The notes: generated by a model from the letters alone, not told the origin. Counted from the stretch's first letter, positions 36,463-46,200 are shown. The stretch is DNA of 64,000 nt from Candidatus Jorgensenbacteria bacterium (GCA_030648515.1 JAUSHK010000003.1:44710-108709), one strand, 5' to 3'. Made by a program: numbers and translations.

Positions 36463-38514
36463 TTACACCGTGTTTGGAGGTATTGTATTGCCGCTTTGGC
36501 CCTGTCCTGGCTGTTGCTGACTTTGTGTTGGGCTTGTTGAGGCGGTAGGTGGTTGTTGTGATTGTCCGCGTCTATTTCTCCCAGTGACCCCCATTGCCTT
36601 ATTCATGGCGCCTTGTTCTTTGTCTTTTTGAACCGCTACACTCGCATACGTCTTTATCCTAAAGTTGAGATCAGTAAGCGCTCCTTCTGTTTCCTTAAAT
36701 TTCTTTTTTGCGGTAGCTTTATCAGTCTTAGAAGCTTTCTCATCATCTTTAACCCTATCCCAATCCGCTTTAGCGGCACTAAATTCGCTTTGTAATTCGT
36801 TTTGTCCCTTGTTTTTCTTGCCATTATCATCAGTAAACCCATCAATAATCTTCTTAAGATTTGCATTTACTTCATCCATCCCCTTGCCTCCTAAATCTAC
36901 ACGAATCTCGTTCTCAATAATTCTATTGAGTTCTCCTTTTAGCCGTTTAACATCTGTATCAATTCCCATAACTTCTTTTGAATCCTCCTTGTATCCCGCC
37001 TGTATCATATTTTCCTTGAGATTTTCCCTTGTTTTAATATCTTCCGTAATTTCCCCCTTGGATTTTCTTTCTTGCGGTTTTTCTTCTTTCTTTTCAATAG
37101 CTCCGATACTTTCAAGACCACCTCTTGTAAGTATTCCGATTATGCCCTTAGCCTTAATATCCGGCGCTTTTGCGAGGTCCTGCATTGTCTTAGCCCGTCC
37201 GGAAAGCAGTTCCCCTGTTGCACCACTCAAGGAAGAAAATCCAGTGGCCTTAGTGGCAACATTGGCCGCGCGCTTACTCCAACGTTTCATAAATCCATCA
37301 TCCGGTTTCACCTTCCAATAATCACCAGCGACTCCTTGTAGTGCCTTGCCGCCGCCCTGAAGCCTTTTTGCAACATTCTGTCCAAACCTAGTCCGTGCCG
37401 TTGCTTGAGTGCTGCGGCGCGCAATATTCCCCGCCCATTTTTTTGTGCTGTTTCCAAGGCTTTGTGCCGCGCCGAGCGCTGCCTTTGCACCAGTAGCTCC
37501 CATCGACTGTGCTGTTATAAGCCCCATCATGAGGATGCCGCACAACACAATCAAATTAAGGCCATTAGAAATAGTTTCTCGTATAGCGCCAAGCGCTGTT
37601 CCGCCAACTATGCCCGTTGGAGGGTTTTCTGCAAACTGCTGTGCGGCGACAACCGCCAAGTAAACAAAGAACGACATTGCCGGAGCAAATAATAACTGCT
37701 CAGTAAACTTTTTCCACCACTTACTCCAGTGTTCGGAAAGCGCAGGAAACGCGAGTGTGAGGCACGCCATCGGCGCGAGAATCAATAAAACAGAAAGATA
37801 AAGATATCTTGCAAGGAGCATGAATGCAAACCCAAGCATCGTAATCGCGGCAATCATTGTAAACGCGACATTGAATACGAGCGTGGTAAGTCCCACAAGC
37901 ACCGCTGTTCCAAATGTCGCAAGTCCGCCCCCTTGTTCCGCGGGATCCGGCGGTGGCGGGTCGGCTGGCGGCGTAAGAAACTTCTGCGGGTTTATAACCC
38001 TTCCTATCGTGTCGGATAATAGAAGGCTGGTACCCTCAGGGACGGTTCTTCTGATAAAGAATTTTGTGAGAACATTCGAAAACTGGATGAGTGAGCCGGC
38101 GATGGTGAGCGAGAAATTCACAAGAATCGCGACTGCTATGAGTTTTCCGAGAAGTTTATTATTGCCGTAGCTCTGGTATCTTACGATGGTTGCGATGGCG
38201 ATGATAATCGCAAGGAGCACAAAGCCGAGGTTCGCAAGGTCGCGGGTGATTGTCCACCCTATCTGCACTACTTTATTGGTGGAATTTAAAATATCAAAGT
38301 TCAACTGAAGCGCGATATCAACAAGCCACCCTCCTAAAATGAGAAGCGCTCCGGAAATAAAATTAAAGAGGTACCCAATGTAATAGAAAAAACCGCCGAC
38401 AATTTCCGAGGTGCTCCATCCTAGCGCGCTCGCCTGATGCGGGATAATAAATACGATAAATGATACAAAGAAAACTGTGAAAAGTATTTTTTTGTTGAAA
38501 AATTTCATGAGCAT
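36463..38514 (-). CDS. VirB6/TrbL-like polytopic membrane protein with long charged/Q-P-rich C-terminal tail
   Basis: N-terminal signal-like segment, >=5 TM helices over ~450 aa, then K/E-rich coiled-coil-like and Gln/Pro-rich terminus. Confidence 0.55.
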   Translation of the reverse strand: MLMKFFNKKILFTVFFVSFIVFIIPHQASALGWSTSEIVGGFFYYIGYLFNFISGALLILGGWLVDIALQLNFDILNSTNKVVQIGWTITRDLANLGFVLLAIIIAIATIVRYQSYGNNKLLGKLIAVAILVNFSLTIAGSLIQFSNVLTKFFIRRTVPEGTSLLLSDTIGRVINPQKFLTPPADPPPPDPAEQGGGLATFGTAVLVGLTTLVFNVAFTMIAAITMLGFAFMLLARYLYLSVLLILAPMACLTLAFPALSEHWSKWWKKFTEQLLFAPAMSFFVYLAVVAAQQFAENPPTGIVGGTALGAIRETISNGLNLIVLCGILMMGLITAQSMGATGAKAALGAAQSLGNSTKKWAGNIARRSTQATARTRFGQNVAKRLQGGGKALQGVAGDYWKVKPDDGFMKRWSKRAANVATKATGFSSLSGATGELLSGRAKTMQDLAKAPDIKAKGIIGILTRGGLESIGAIEKKEEKPQERKSKGEITEDIKTRENLKENMIQAGYKEDSKEVMGIDTDVKRLKGELNRIIENEIRVDLGGKGMDEVNANLKKIIDGFTDDNGKKNKGQNELQSEFSAAKADWDRVKDDEKASKTDKATAKKKFKETEGALTDLNFRIKTYASVAVQKDKEQGAMNKAMGVTGRNRRGQSQQPPTASTSPTQSQQQPGQGQSGNTIPPNTV

Positions 38515-38525
38515 TCAGGAAGCGC

Positions 38526-40505
38526 CTATTGGCTCATAAACGATTCGCTTGTTGTCGCTGTTCGCGCGCCCGACCCGGTCGCCGACGCAGTTGCGGAAAT
38601 CGCCGATGTATTAAGGGCCGACTGCGCCGGACATATATATTCCTTTGCCCGATTTTCGCAGAGAACTTTCTCGTCGCTGAACTGTTTTATCGTTAACTGA
38701 AGCTGTGTTTTAAGCGTTCCAAGTGCTTGAACATTGCTTTGGAGACTACTAAGAACGGAATTTAATGATGTGATAAGTGAAATGAGCGTATTATCATCTG
38801 AACTTTCGGCACTGGATTGAATGTTTCTCGCTTGCGCGATTATAGCGGTCGCCTGGTCGAGGTCGCTTTGCATTGTGGAAAGCGACGTCGCTAAATTTTT
38901 CGCGCTCGAAACCGCGGTATTAGTATTTGCGCATCCATCCCCCGACATTATCCCGTTCAGCGTGCGGTCTTTTTGGCAGACGAGCAACTTTTCTGTCATG
39001 GTGTCTGCGGCATCATTATTGGCAACACGCGCATTAAGTGCGATAACCTCTGGCAGAAGCGCATTTTCATCTTGCCACGCCTGCGTGGTGCTCGCGATAA
39101 GATTATTTACTGTTTGAACAAGCGATGCGCCTAAGTTGCCGGCGTTTCGATAATCAGTTGCGCCCTGTAAAAGCCCCGCTGTTCCCGCGGCACTCGCTGT
39201 AAGTGGTGTTGATTTTCTCCCCGTGGTGGTTTCGCTAAAGATATCGCTTGCCGAATTTTTGATTCCCTTCACTCCTGATGAGATAAGCCGGTTTACCGCC
39301 GCGTCAAAAATCATAGACATATACGGAGTAAGATCGTCGGCGCTCAAGAGATAATCAGTGTCAGAGGTAAATGCCTTATTAGTAGCAGCTTCTTTTACAG
39401 TGTAAGGTAACGTCGTTTCAGTGTTCTTGCAATTCCAGCGAAGATTTCTAGCGTTACTAAAGTTTTCAGGAACAAGGTCCTGAGACGGATCGGACGGATT
39501 GTATGTAGGTGGTTTTGTCGGATCAGGGAATTTACTTGTGTTAAGTGTGGGACCAAGGATTTCCTGCTCGAAGCCATTAAAAGTTCCAAGGAGTCGCCAC
39601 TGAGTACACTGTTCTGTTGGGGTAAATCCAGCGCTTACGTTAAATTGTGCTTGTTTTTTAGCTTCTTCTTCCGCTTTTTTCTTTTGGTAATCCTCGTACG
39701 TCATATACGCGAGGCCATACTGGTTATTCTGCGGTTTTAGAAGTTCGTAATACCCGAGCCATCCTCCGGTTGTGAAATTGTCGCGAAACCCCGCCGCATT
39801 ATCCATAACTTGCGAAAGCGTACAGCTGTATCGTTCCGCGGGAGGTACTGATTGTTGAAGTTGTAAGTTAATATTGAAACGAAACGCATTGCCATAACAA
39901 AGGTTTCCCAAGCCGATGTCGATGAGTGTATCGCCGGCCGCTTTATCTGCCGCATCCCTCATAAATCCCGTGAAATTCGTGACAAACTGAGGCTTTCCGC
40001 CATCTCCCCTGATCCACGAGATGGTCTGGTCAGTCATGCGGTCCAATAGGCGCTTCTTGAAATTATAGAGGGCAATCTTTCCGGCCTGATTCATTATGTC
40101 GGTGATACATGTCTGGATGGACTGTGTATTCACAATATCTCTAAGTCCAGTTTCTTTTACACGCTGCTCGCCCCCAATGATTCCTCCAGTGAGAAAGCTG
40201 AGGCCACTTGATATGCCGCTTGATATAAGTCCGGTAACTTCTTGGAGAAGCATGTTCATGCCCGTTTTTATAAAACATTTATTTGTAGAAGCTTTTTTCT
40301 CATCTATAAGCTTTTCAGCCGTTGGAGCTGGAGCAATGATATTATTGGGATTTGCGAGATCCGGCGATGGTACGAGGTTTCTTGTTGCCGGAGTGTTAGC
40401 GTCGTCCCCGCTCGTTTGGGCATAGGAAATAAACGGCAAGCTAGCGCCTAAAACAATTGTCGCGGAGAGCAATATCGCAATGAATTTTAATCCTTTAGAA
40501 TCCAT
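38526..40505 (-). CDS. large secreted hypothetical protein
   Basis: signal peptide, 659 aa, Thr/Ser/Asn-rich, no motif. Confidence 0.4.
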   Translation of the reverse strand: MDSKGLKFIAILLSATIVLGASLPFISYAQTSGDDANTPATRNLVPSPDLANPNNIIAPAPTAEKLIDEKKASTNKCFIKTGMNMLLQEVTGLISSGISSGLSFLTGGIIGGEQRVKETGLRDIVNTQSIQTCITDIMNQAGKIALYNFKKRLLDRMTDQTISWIRGDGGKPQFVTNFTGFMRDAADKAAGDTLIDIGLGNLCYGNAFRFNINLQLQQSVPPAERYSCTLSQVMDNAAGFRDNFTTGGWLGYYELLKPQNNQYGLAYMTYEDYQKKKAEEEAKKQAQFNVSAGFTPTEQCTQWRLLGTFNGFEQEILGPTLNTSKFPDPTKPPTYNPSDPSQDLVPENFSNARNLRWNCKNTETTLPYTVKEAATNKAFTSDTDYLLSADDLTPYMSMIFDAAVNRLISSGVKGIKNSASDIFSETTTGRKSTPLTASAAGTAGLLQGATDYRNAGNLGASLVQTVNNLIASTTQAWQDENALLPEVIALNARVANNDAADTMTEKLLVCQKDRTLNGIMSGDGCANTNTAVSSAKNLATSLSTMQSDLDQATAIIAQARNIQSSAESSDDNTLISLITSLNSVLSSLQSNVQALGTLKTQLQLTIKQFSDEKVLCENRAKEYICPAQSALNTSAISATASATGSGARTATTSESFMSQ

Positions 40506-40520
40506 GTTTTATTGTTACGA

Positions 40521-41330
40521 TTAAAGTTTGCTAAGTGTATTTTGAAATGACGCGAGTAACTGTTCCTCATTATTTACCGCATCCGAAAGTCCTTGAAGCG
40601 CGGCAAGCGGTTTTAAACTATCTTGATTGCCATCAAGGACAGCTTTTCCTAGCTCGTAGCGCTCGTTCCACGCGTTTATAAAATCAAGATGAAACGAGGC
40701 GAGATTAGGCGGCGCGGTAATCGCAAGAAGATCAGTGATTTGGTCAGAAGTCGTAGTTAGATAGCCCTGAAGCTTTTCCGCGCTCTGGTTTATAACAGCA
40801 TCAGCGACCATCGCTAAGTATTGGTCATCCTGTCCGTGAAAATTTTTTATGTACGTGTTTTGGATATTTTTAAGATACGCGAGCGCGGCTTCCTTACTGA
40901 AATCGTTTGAGATTTTTATATCTTTTGTTTCGTAGTGTTTTATTGCAATACCACGAGAAAGTTCGTCGCTTATAATATTGCCCAGCGTCGCCTCATTCGG
41001 CACGGTGATTGGAGAGCTTGTGCCCACGCCAAACTTATTTGCATTAAAAATTTCCTGCTGATAGCGCTGAATAACCCGCTCGGTAATACTATTAGGATTT
41101 TGCTGTACCGCGGAATCGGTGTTGGTCGCGACCACGCTTGAAGTCGCAAAACGTCCAGAATCAACTCCGGACCGGATGATTTCAAAAAGCGACGCAACGT
41201 TCCCGGTTTTGGACTTTGAATTTACAATCCAGAATGAAATCCCTGCTCCGATAAGAACAATAAAAATTGCAATGACAAACCGCCTGTTTTGAAACATTTT
41301 TGTCCTCTTATTATACACTATCGCGGGCAA
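40521..41330 (-). CDS. bitopic membrane protein (candidate VirB8-like scaffold)
   Basis: single TM near N-terminus, ~220-aa extracytoplasmic domain; overlaps rsmA 3' end by 20 nt. Confidence 0.35.
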   Translation of the reverse strand: MPAIVYNKRTKMFQNRRFVIAIFIVLIGAGISFWIVNSKSKTGNVASLFEIIRSGVDSGRFATSSVVATNTDSAVQQNPNSITERVIQRYQQEIFNANKFGVGTSSPITVPNEATLGNIISDELSRGIAIKHYETKDIKISNDFSKEAALAYLKNIQNTYIKNFHGQDDQYLAMVADAVINQSAEKLQGYLTTTSDQITDLLAITAPPNLASFHLDFINAWNERYELGKAVLDGNQDSLKPLAALQGLSDAVNNEEQLLASFQNTLSKL

Positions 41331-42093
41331 GATTTTTAATAATTTGGACGCCTAAATCTTGCGGGCGCGAGTGAGGATCAACCCCGTACTGTTTAAGCAG
41401 CCCCAAAAGAGTTTCTTGAGGAATTTCGAGGGTCTTTAAATTGTTTAAAACCGTCTTTCGTGGCTGCTTAAAAAGCGCGCGGATGAACGGGTAATACGAT
41501 TCAGTAATAATGCTTTTATCTTTGGGGAGCATGACAAGTTTAATGATGGCCGAATCAACTTTTGGCTGAGGCGAGAAATCGCTTCGCGGAATTATTTCAA
41601 TGATTTTGGGTTCCGCCCACACTTGCACGCTCGCCGCGAGAAGATTCATCTTGGGAGGATGCGCCGCAAGGCGTTCAGCGACCTCTTTTTGAACGGTAAG
41701 CACTATAACGCTCGGTTTTTTAGGAAGCTCGCCGAGTATCCGCAGGAGATGCCCGGTAATGTAATACGGAATGTTCCCCACTAGTTTGTAGTGAGTAGTT
41801 TGTAGTGAGTAGTCGGAGATAATTTTAGGCAGTACTTTGAGAGCATCCCCGCAAACAATCTCAATATTCCGATTTTTTTGAAACCTCTTTTTTAGTTCTG
41901 CGGCAAGTCTCATATCCTTTTCTACCCCCATAATTCGTACTTCATAATTCATAATTCTCTCCGTGAGCTCTCCGTGACCGGGCCCGATTTCAACAACAAT
42001 ATCGCCTGGTTGGATATCGAGCGACTCAACGATATGCCTGATTTTTTCAGGGTTTTTAAGAAAGTTTTGACCGTAGCGTTTTTGCGCGCGCAT
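41311..42093 (-). CDS. rsmA: 16S rRNA (adenine1518/1519-N6)-dimethyltransferase RsmA/KsgA
   Basis: QNFL, VVEIGPGHGELT SAM motif, NIPYYI; contains 14-nt tandem duplication. Confidence 0.85.
   Translation of the reverse strand: MRAQKRYGQNFLKNPEKIRHIVESLDIQPGDIVVEIGPGHGELTERIMNYEVRIMGVEKDMRLAAELKKRFQKNRNIEIVCGDALKVLPKIISDYSLQTTHYKLVGNIPYYITGHLLRILGELPKKPSVIVLTVQKEVAERLAAHPPKMNLLAASVQVWAEPKIIEIIPRSDFSPQPKVDSAIIKLVMLPKDKSIITESYYPFIRALFKQPRKTVLNNLKTLEIPQETLLGLLKQYGVDPHSRPQDLGVQIIKNLARDSV
41782..41809. repeat. perfect 14-nt tandem duplication inside rsmA
   Basis: tagtttgtagtgag x2; 13-mer ttgtagtgagtag also at 6078..6090. Confidence 0.6.
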
Positions 42094-42137
42094 AATGTTT
42101 ATGGTATACTGGTTTCATTCGTATTCTACTACACATT

Positions 42138-42821
42138 TTGACCTTTATTAAGAAGGGTGCCTGCCTGCGCAGGCAGGTTTTGAAGGCGGCCATGCCCCAA
42201 ATAAAGACCGGATCGGCGTGGCTTGTCATTTTTGCGATATCCGCAATTGCGGCGCATCAAATCGCTGTATATACGCTTGCGCACGCAGGAGAGCGTGACA
42301 GCGCAAAAACTATAAGCGAAGAAATTGGAAAATATAATCTTGATGCAAGCCTTCTCGCTGTTGCCGGCCAGTTTTCGTCCGCGGCCAGTAAAACAGAGCA
42401 GGTTATTGCCACAAACGGGTCCGCAATGATGGGCACGCTCGATCCGTTTACGACGCTTATAAAAAAAGAAGGCGGCGCGCAGACGTATAAAGTAAAACGC
42501 GGAGAAACTCTGCAAGGCATCGCAAAAAAGTTCGGAATCTCGGTGGAAACAATAAAAACGACAAATCCGAGCATCAGCTCGAAAGTTGCTATGGGCCAAA
42601 CGCTATCAATTTTGCCGGTTTCGGGGATTCTCTACCCTGTTTCCGAGAATGACACGCTTCAGCTTATCGCAGAACGTTACAACGTTGATTCGAACCTCGT
42701 AAAAATTTACAATCCTAACTACATTGATGTTCTTACATCAGGTAACGGCACGCTTATCTTGCCCAACGCTATTTCGCCAGTTGTAACTATGAAGCTGGCG
42801 GCCACGTCTACAAATAAATAA
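42138..42821 (+). CDS. membrane-anchored protein with two LysM peptidoglycan-binding domains
   Basis: YKVKRGETLQGIAKKFGISVETI and YPVSENDTLQLIAERYNVDSNLV LysM motifs. Confidence 0.7.
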   Translation: MTFIKKGACLRRQVLKAAMPQIKTGSAWLVIFAISAIAAHQIAVYTLAHAGERDSAKTISEEIGKYNLDASLLAVAGQFSSAASKTEQVIATNGSAMMGTLDPFTTLIKKEGGAQTYKVKRGETLQGIAKKFGISVETIKTTNPSISSKVAMGQTLSILPVSGILYPVSENDTLQLIAERYNVDSNLVKIYNPNYIDVLTSGNGTLILPNAISPVVTMKLAATSTNK

Positions 42822-42822
42822 T

Positions 42823-44355
42823 CTACTCCCCTGTTTTGACGCGGTATTGAAACGCTTCCGCGAGGTGGTTTTGTGAAACGCGTTCAGATTGTTCTAAGTC
42901 GGCAATCGTGCGCGCAACTTTTAAAATTCGGTAATATCCGCGCGGCGAAACGAAATTTTTCTCAAGCACGCGTTTCAAGAATTGTTCGCCCGCCGAATCA
43001 AGCGCGGCATATCCTTCCGCGAGTTTTGAGCTCATATCGGCATTCGCGTATACGCCGGAAACTGTTTTAAACCGTTCGTACTGGCGCGCCCGCGCGCTTC
43101 GCACGCGCGTCCGGTACTCATCATCATTTGACGCCGCGCTTTGTTTCCGTAATTCCTCAATTGGAATTCTTGGAACTTCAAGTTGAATATCAAAGCGGTC
43201 AAGTAATGGTCCCGAAATTTTCTTTTGATAGCGCATAATTTCATGTGCCGTGCATCGGCATTCTTTTTCGGAATCTTCAAAATATCCGCACGGGCACGGA
43301 TTCATCGCGGCAAGAAGCGCGAAGCGCGCCGGAAACGTAAGCGTCCGCTTCGCGCGCGCGACATGAATTTTCCCGTCCTCAAGCGGTTGGCGAAGCCCCT
43401 CAAGTACGTCGCGATGGAACTCAGGGATTTCGTCCAAGAACAGCACGCCGCGGTGCGCCAAACTTATCTCGCCTGGCCTCGGGTTTGCTCCACCGCCCAT
43501 GAGTGAAACGAGCGACGCCGAGTGGTGCGGTGAGCGAAACGGGCGCCAGCTCATGAACGGTTGGCTTGCAGTGAGTCCTGCAGCGCTGTAGATTTGCGTA
43601 ATCTCAATTGCCTCGTCAATTGACGGTGGTGGAAGGATTGAAGCGAACGCCTGCGCAAGCATCGTCTTGCCGGTTCCCGGCGGCCCCGAGAAAAGCACAT
43701 TGTGTCCGCCGGCAGCCGCGACAAGCAGTGCCCGCTTTGCGGCCTCGTGTCCCTTGATGTCTGAAAGCGAAACAGATGATGGCGGATGTCCCGGTACAAT
43801 TTCCGTAAACGGCTGTGGCGTAATCAGTTTCGCTCCCTCAAGATGCTCAATAAGTTCGCGCACATTACCAACCGGAATTACTTGTATATTTTTAATAACG
43901 GCGGCTTCGCGCGCATTTTCGCGCGGGACAAAGACAATGGGAATTTTTTTGCGCTGCGCGAGCCGGGCGATATTCAATGTGCCCGCGACCGGTCGCACAC
44001 TCCCATCAAGCGACAACTCGCCGATAAAAATTTTGTCGTCGGTTTTAAAAGGCTTTAATTGGTCGCTCGCGAGAAGGTACGCGACGGCAATCGGAAGGTC
44101 AAAATGCGCCCCGCTCTTTTTTACGTCGGCCGGCGCGAGGTTAATAGTAATCCGCCGGTTTTCTTTCGTCGGCGGTTTGATGCCGGAATTCTTTAGAGCA
44201 GAGTTAACCCGCTCTTTCGCCTCAGAAACCGCCTTATCAGCAAGCCCGACAATATTAAATGAGTGGAGGCCGACGTTAAGATCGGCCTCCACTTCGATGA
44301 GTTCCGCGGTGATGCCGTCAAGTTCTGCGGCATAAAGCTTCGGAACCGAGCTCAT
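42823..44355 (-). CDS. comM: Mg-chelatase-like AAA+ ATPase YifB/ComM
   Basis: N-terminal Lon-like domain, Walker A GPPGTGKT, Mg_chelatase C-terminus. Confidence 0.85.
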   Translation of the reverse strand: MSSVPKLYAAELDGITAELIEVEADLNVGLHSFNIVGLADKAVSEAKERVNSALKNSGIKPPTKENRRITINLAPADVKKSGAHFDLPIAVAYLLASDQLKPFKTDDKIFIGELSLDGSVRPVAGTLNIARLAQRKKIPIVFVPRENAREAAVIKNIQVIPVGNVRELIEHLEGAKLITPQPFTEIVPGHPPSSVSLSDIKGHEAAKRALLVAAAGGHNVLFSGPPGTGKTMLAQAFASILPPPSIDEAIEITQIYSAAGLTASQPFMSWRPFRSPHHSASLVSLMGGGANPRPGEISLAHRGVLFLDEIPEFHRDVLEGLRQPLEDGKIHVARAKRTLTFPARFALLAAMNPCPCGYFEDSEKECRCTAHEIMRYQKKISGPLLDRFDIQLEVPRIPIEELRKQSAASNDDEYRTRVRSARARQYERFKTVSGVYANADMSSKLAEGYAALDSAGEQFLKRVLEKNFVSPRGYYRILKVARTIADLEQSERVSQNHLAEAFQYRVKTGE

Positions 44356-44357
44356 AG

Positions 44358-44627
44358 TTACTTCTTGCCTGCCCGCGGTTTGGCGGAAGAATTTCCCTTC
44401 TTTGATTTTTTAAGCGATTCAAGCGTTTTATTAATTTCTTTAAGCTGATTCTCAAACACGCGCTTCACGCCCATGCGATTTGATTTTTCTTCGCTTTCCT
44501 CGGTTTCCTCGTCTGGATCAACGTCGTTTCCAAAATCAACAAAACCGCTGCCGAGTTTTTTGAGCTGCGTCTCAATTTCTTTTTTATGCTTCAAAAGGCT
44601 TTTTTCTCTGTCCGCTGTTGTATTCAT
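44358..44627 (-). CDS. small charged hypothetical protein
   Basis: 89 aa, K/E-rich, co-directional and 2 nt after comM. Confidence 0.3.
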   Translation of the reverse strand: MNTTADREKSLLKHKKEIETQLKKLGSGFVDFGNDVDPDEETEESEEKSNRMGVKRVFENQLKEINKTLESLKKSKKGNSSAKPRAGKK

Positions 44628-44865
44628 CCCGTTAGAGAAAGGAAGCGCCTTACGCGATTCCTAACGTTATTACTCGAACCTTTTTGTTTAAAATCAAACC
44701 TAGTACACCAATTATATCAGAAAGGGCGCTTCCGTATTTGCTAGGTATAATAAATATATTATTTTTAATCTTTGTTATTTTATGAAACATATGCTTTAAA
44801 CATTGCCTTCTCTAACGGGATTCATTATTTCCAGTATATCATGCCGAAAATGCTCTGCAAGATAC

Positions 44866-44904
44866 AAGAAAGCGGCACTATTTAGGCCGCTTTCTTTGTT
44901 TCTT
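44866..44904. terminator. strong 11-bp-stem rho-independent terminator
   Basis: aagaaagcggc/gccgctttctt stem, 9-nt loop, T-rich 3' on plus strand; also serves minus-strand gene ending at 44929. Confidence 0.6.
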
Positions 44905-44928
44905 AATACTAAATACTAGATACTTTCT

Positions 44929-46200
44929 TTAATATCCCAATCTATTTACTGCCTCTTTCATTCCCGTGTAGCTCGTGCTCATAAGAAGCGAATTATTGGG
45001 AAGCCATGCGTAGTTGAAAGAAGCGCCGGTTTGCGAGAACGATGCGTACCGTGTTACGAGAGAATTTATTTTTCCATCCTTCCATCCTGTCGTTGTGCCG
45101 GGGTCTGAAAGATAAAATCCTTTTGCTTCTCCGCTTGTTTCAATATTTTGAACACTTGTTTTAAGCGTTGCGATAGTTGCATCGGCTTTTGGTTTCGCGA
45201 TTATACCTGGCCATGAACCCGTTTTGTCGGTATAAATAAAGAATGTGAAGTCCGATTCAAAGCTTTTAACTATTTCGGGATTAAATGTCAGTGGTGCGAA
45301 CATTTGCGCTAATCTATTGAAGGGTTCAATCGTGCCTCCACCATCCGGTTCGCCTGTTCTGATTACGATTTCTTTAAGAATTGGCACCTCGGCAGTTGAA
45401 AATTGAATAGCCGTTTTTAGAGTATCGGGTGTAAGTTGGCGAAGCTGAGCCTCTGTTGTCGCGTCCGCCGCAATATTGAAGAGTGATGAATGTGTTGGAA
45501 CCTCAGGCGGCGGAACAATGGGCTGTTGTGTAACTTCGGGTGTTGTTACTGGGGGCGGAGTTGTTACTGCGGCAGGCGGCGTAACAACAGGAGTTGATGG
45601 GGAAAGATATGGATAAACGAAGAAGTAACCAGCAAGGCCTAGCGCGACAATAACAAGAAAAACGATAATTCCCGTTACCGCGGCATGCCCGGATTTTTTC
45701 GGGGCCTCTGGCGGAAACTGGCTTGTTGGGGGCATTGGTTGCGGAGCTTGCGGTTGTGGCCTAATGCTCGGAGGCGTAACAACCGGAGGCCGCTGTGGAA
45801 TCCCTCCTCCAAACTGCGGTGCGCCAAATTGCCCGGACGGCAAATTTGTCGGAGGAGCCGGCGGAGCCGGGGGTCTTGGTGGCATACTGCTGACCTGAGG
45901 AGTGTAAGGCGTAGGCGCGCCTCCCCCGCTCTGTTGCATTGACTTTATATCCGAGCCCATCGTACGCATCGTGACATTTTGAATTGGCGGAGCAAGCGGA
46001 ACTTCGCCTTCGCCTGTACCGATTGAACGAGTTGGCGTTGGGACAGTCGGACTTTTGCTTTGCGGAATCCCCCCGCCAGGGAATGTATTGTTTTCCATTG
46101 CAGTTATTATACCACTCTGGGATTTTACGATATCTGTGGATAGTCCTTCGGCGAGCTCAGGACGTAAATTCTTCAAATTAAGCGGGATAGTGAATAGCAT
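44929..46200 (-). CDS. membrane-anchored protein with Pro-rich N-terminal region and globular C-terminal domain
   Basis: 423 aa, PPxP repeats, single TM (IIVFLVIVALGLAGYFFVY). Confidence 0.4.
   Translation of the reverse strand: MLFTIPLNLKNLRPELAEGLSTDIVKSQSGIITAMENNTFPGGGIPQSKSPTVPTPTRSIGTGEGEVPLAPPIQNVTMRTMGSDIKSMQQSGGGAPTPYTPQVSSMPPRPPAPPAPPTNLPSGQFGAPQFGGGIPQRPPVVTPPSIRPQPQAPQPMPPTSQFPPEAPKKSGHAAVTGIIVFLVIVALGLAGYFFVYPYLSPSTPVVTPPAAVTTPPPVTTPEVTQQPIVPPPEVPTHSSLFNIAADATTEAQLRQLTPDTLKTAIQFSTAEVPILKEIVIRTGEPDGGGTIEPFNRLAQMFAPLTFNPEIVKSFESDFTFFIYTDKTGSWPGIIAKPKADATIATLKTSVQNIETSGEAKGFYLSDPGTTTGWKDGKINSLVTRYASFSQTGASFNYAWLPNNSLLMSTSYTGMKEAVNRLGY

Noticed and set aside
36665-37692. Plus-strand ORFs inside the VirB6-like gene
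   Set aside because: Ser/Pro-rich antisense frames of a Lys/Glu-rich coding region. No start context.
42129-42599. 156-aa minus-strand ORF overlapping the LysM gene
   Set aside because: Cys/Arg-rich low-complexity translation antisense to an ORF with two clear LysM motifs.
43667-44335. 222-aa plus-strand ORF inside comM
   Set aside because: Antisense to a full-length Mg-chelatase-like ATPase with Walker motifs. Ser/Ala/Arg-rich spurious frame.
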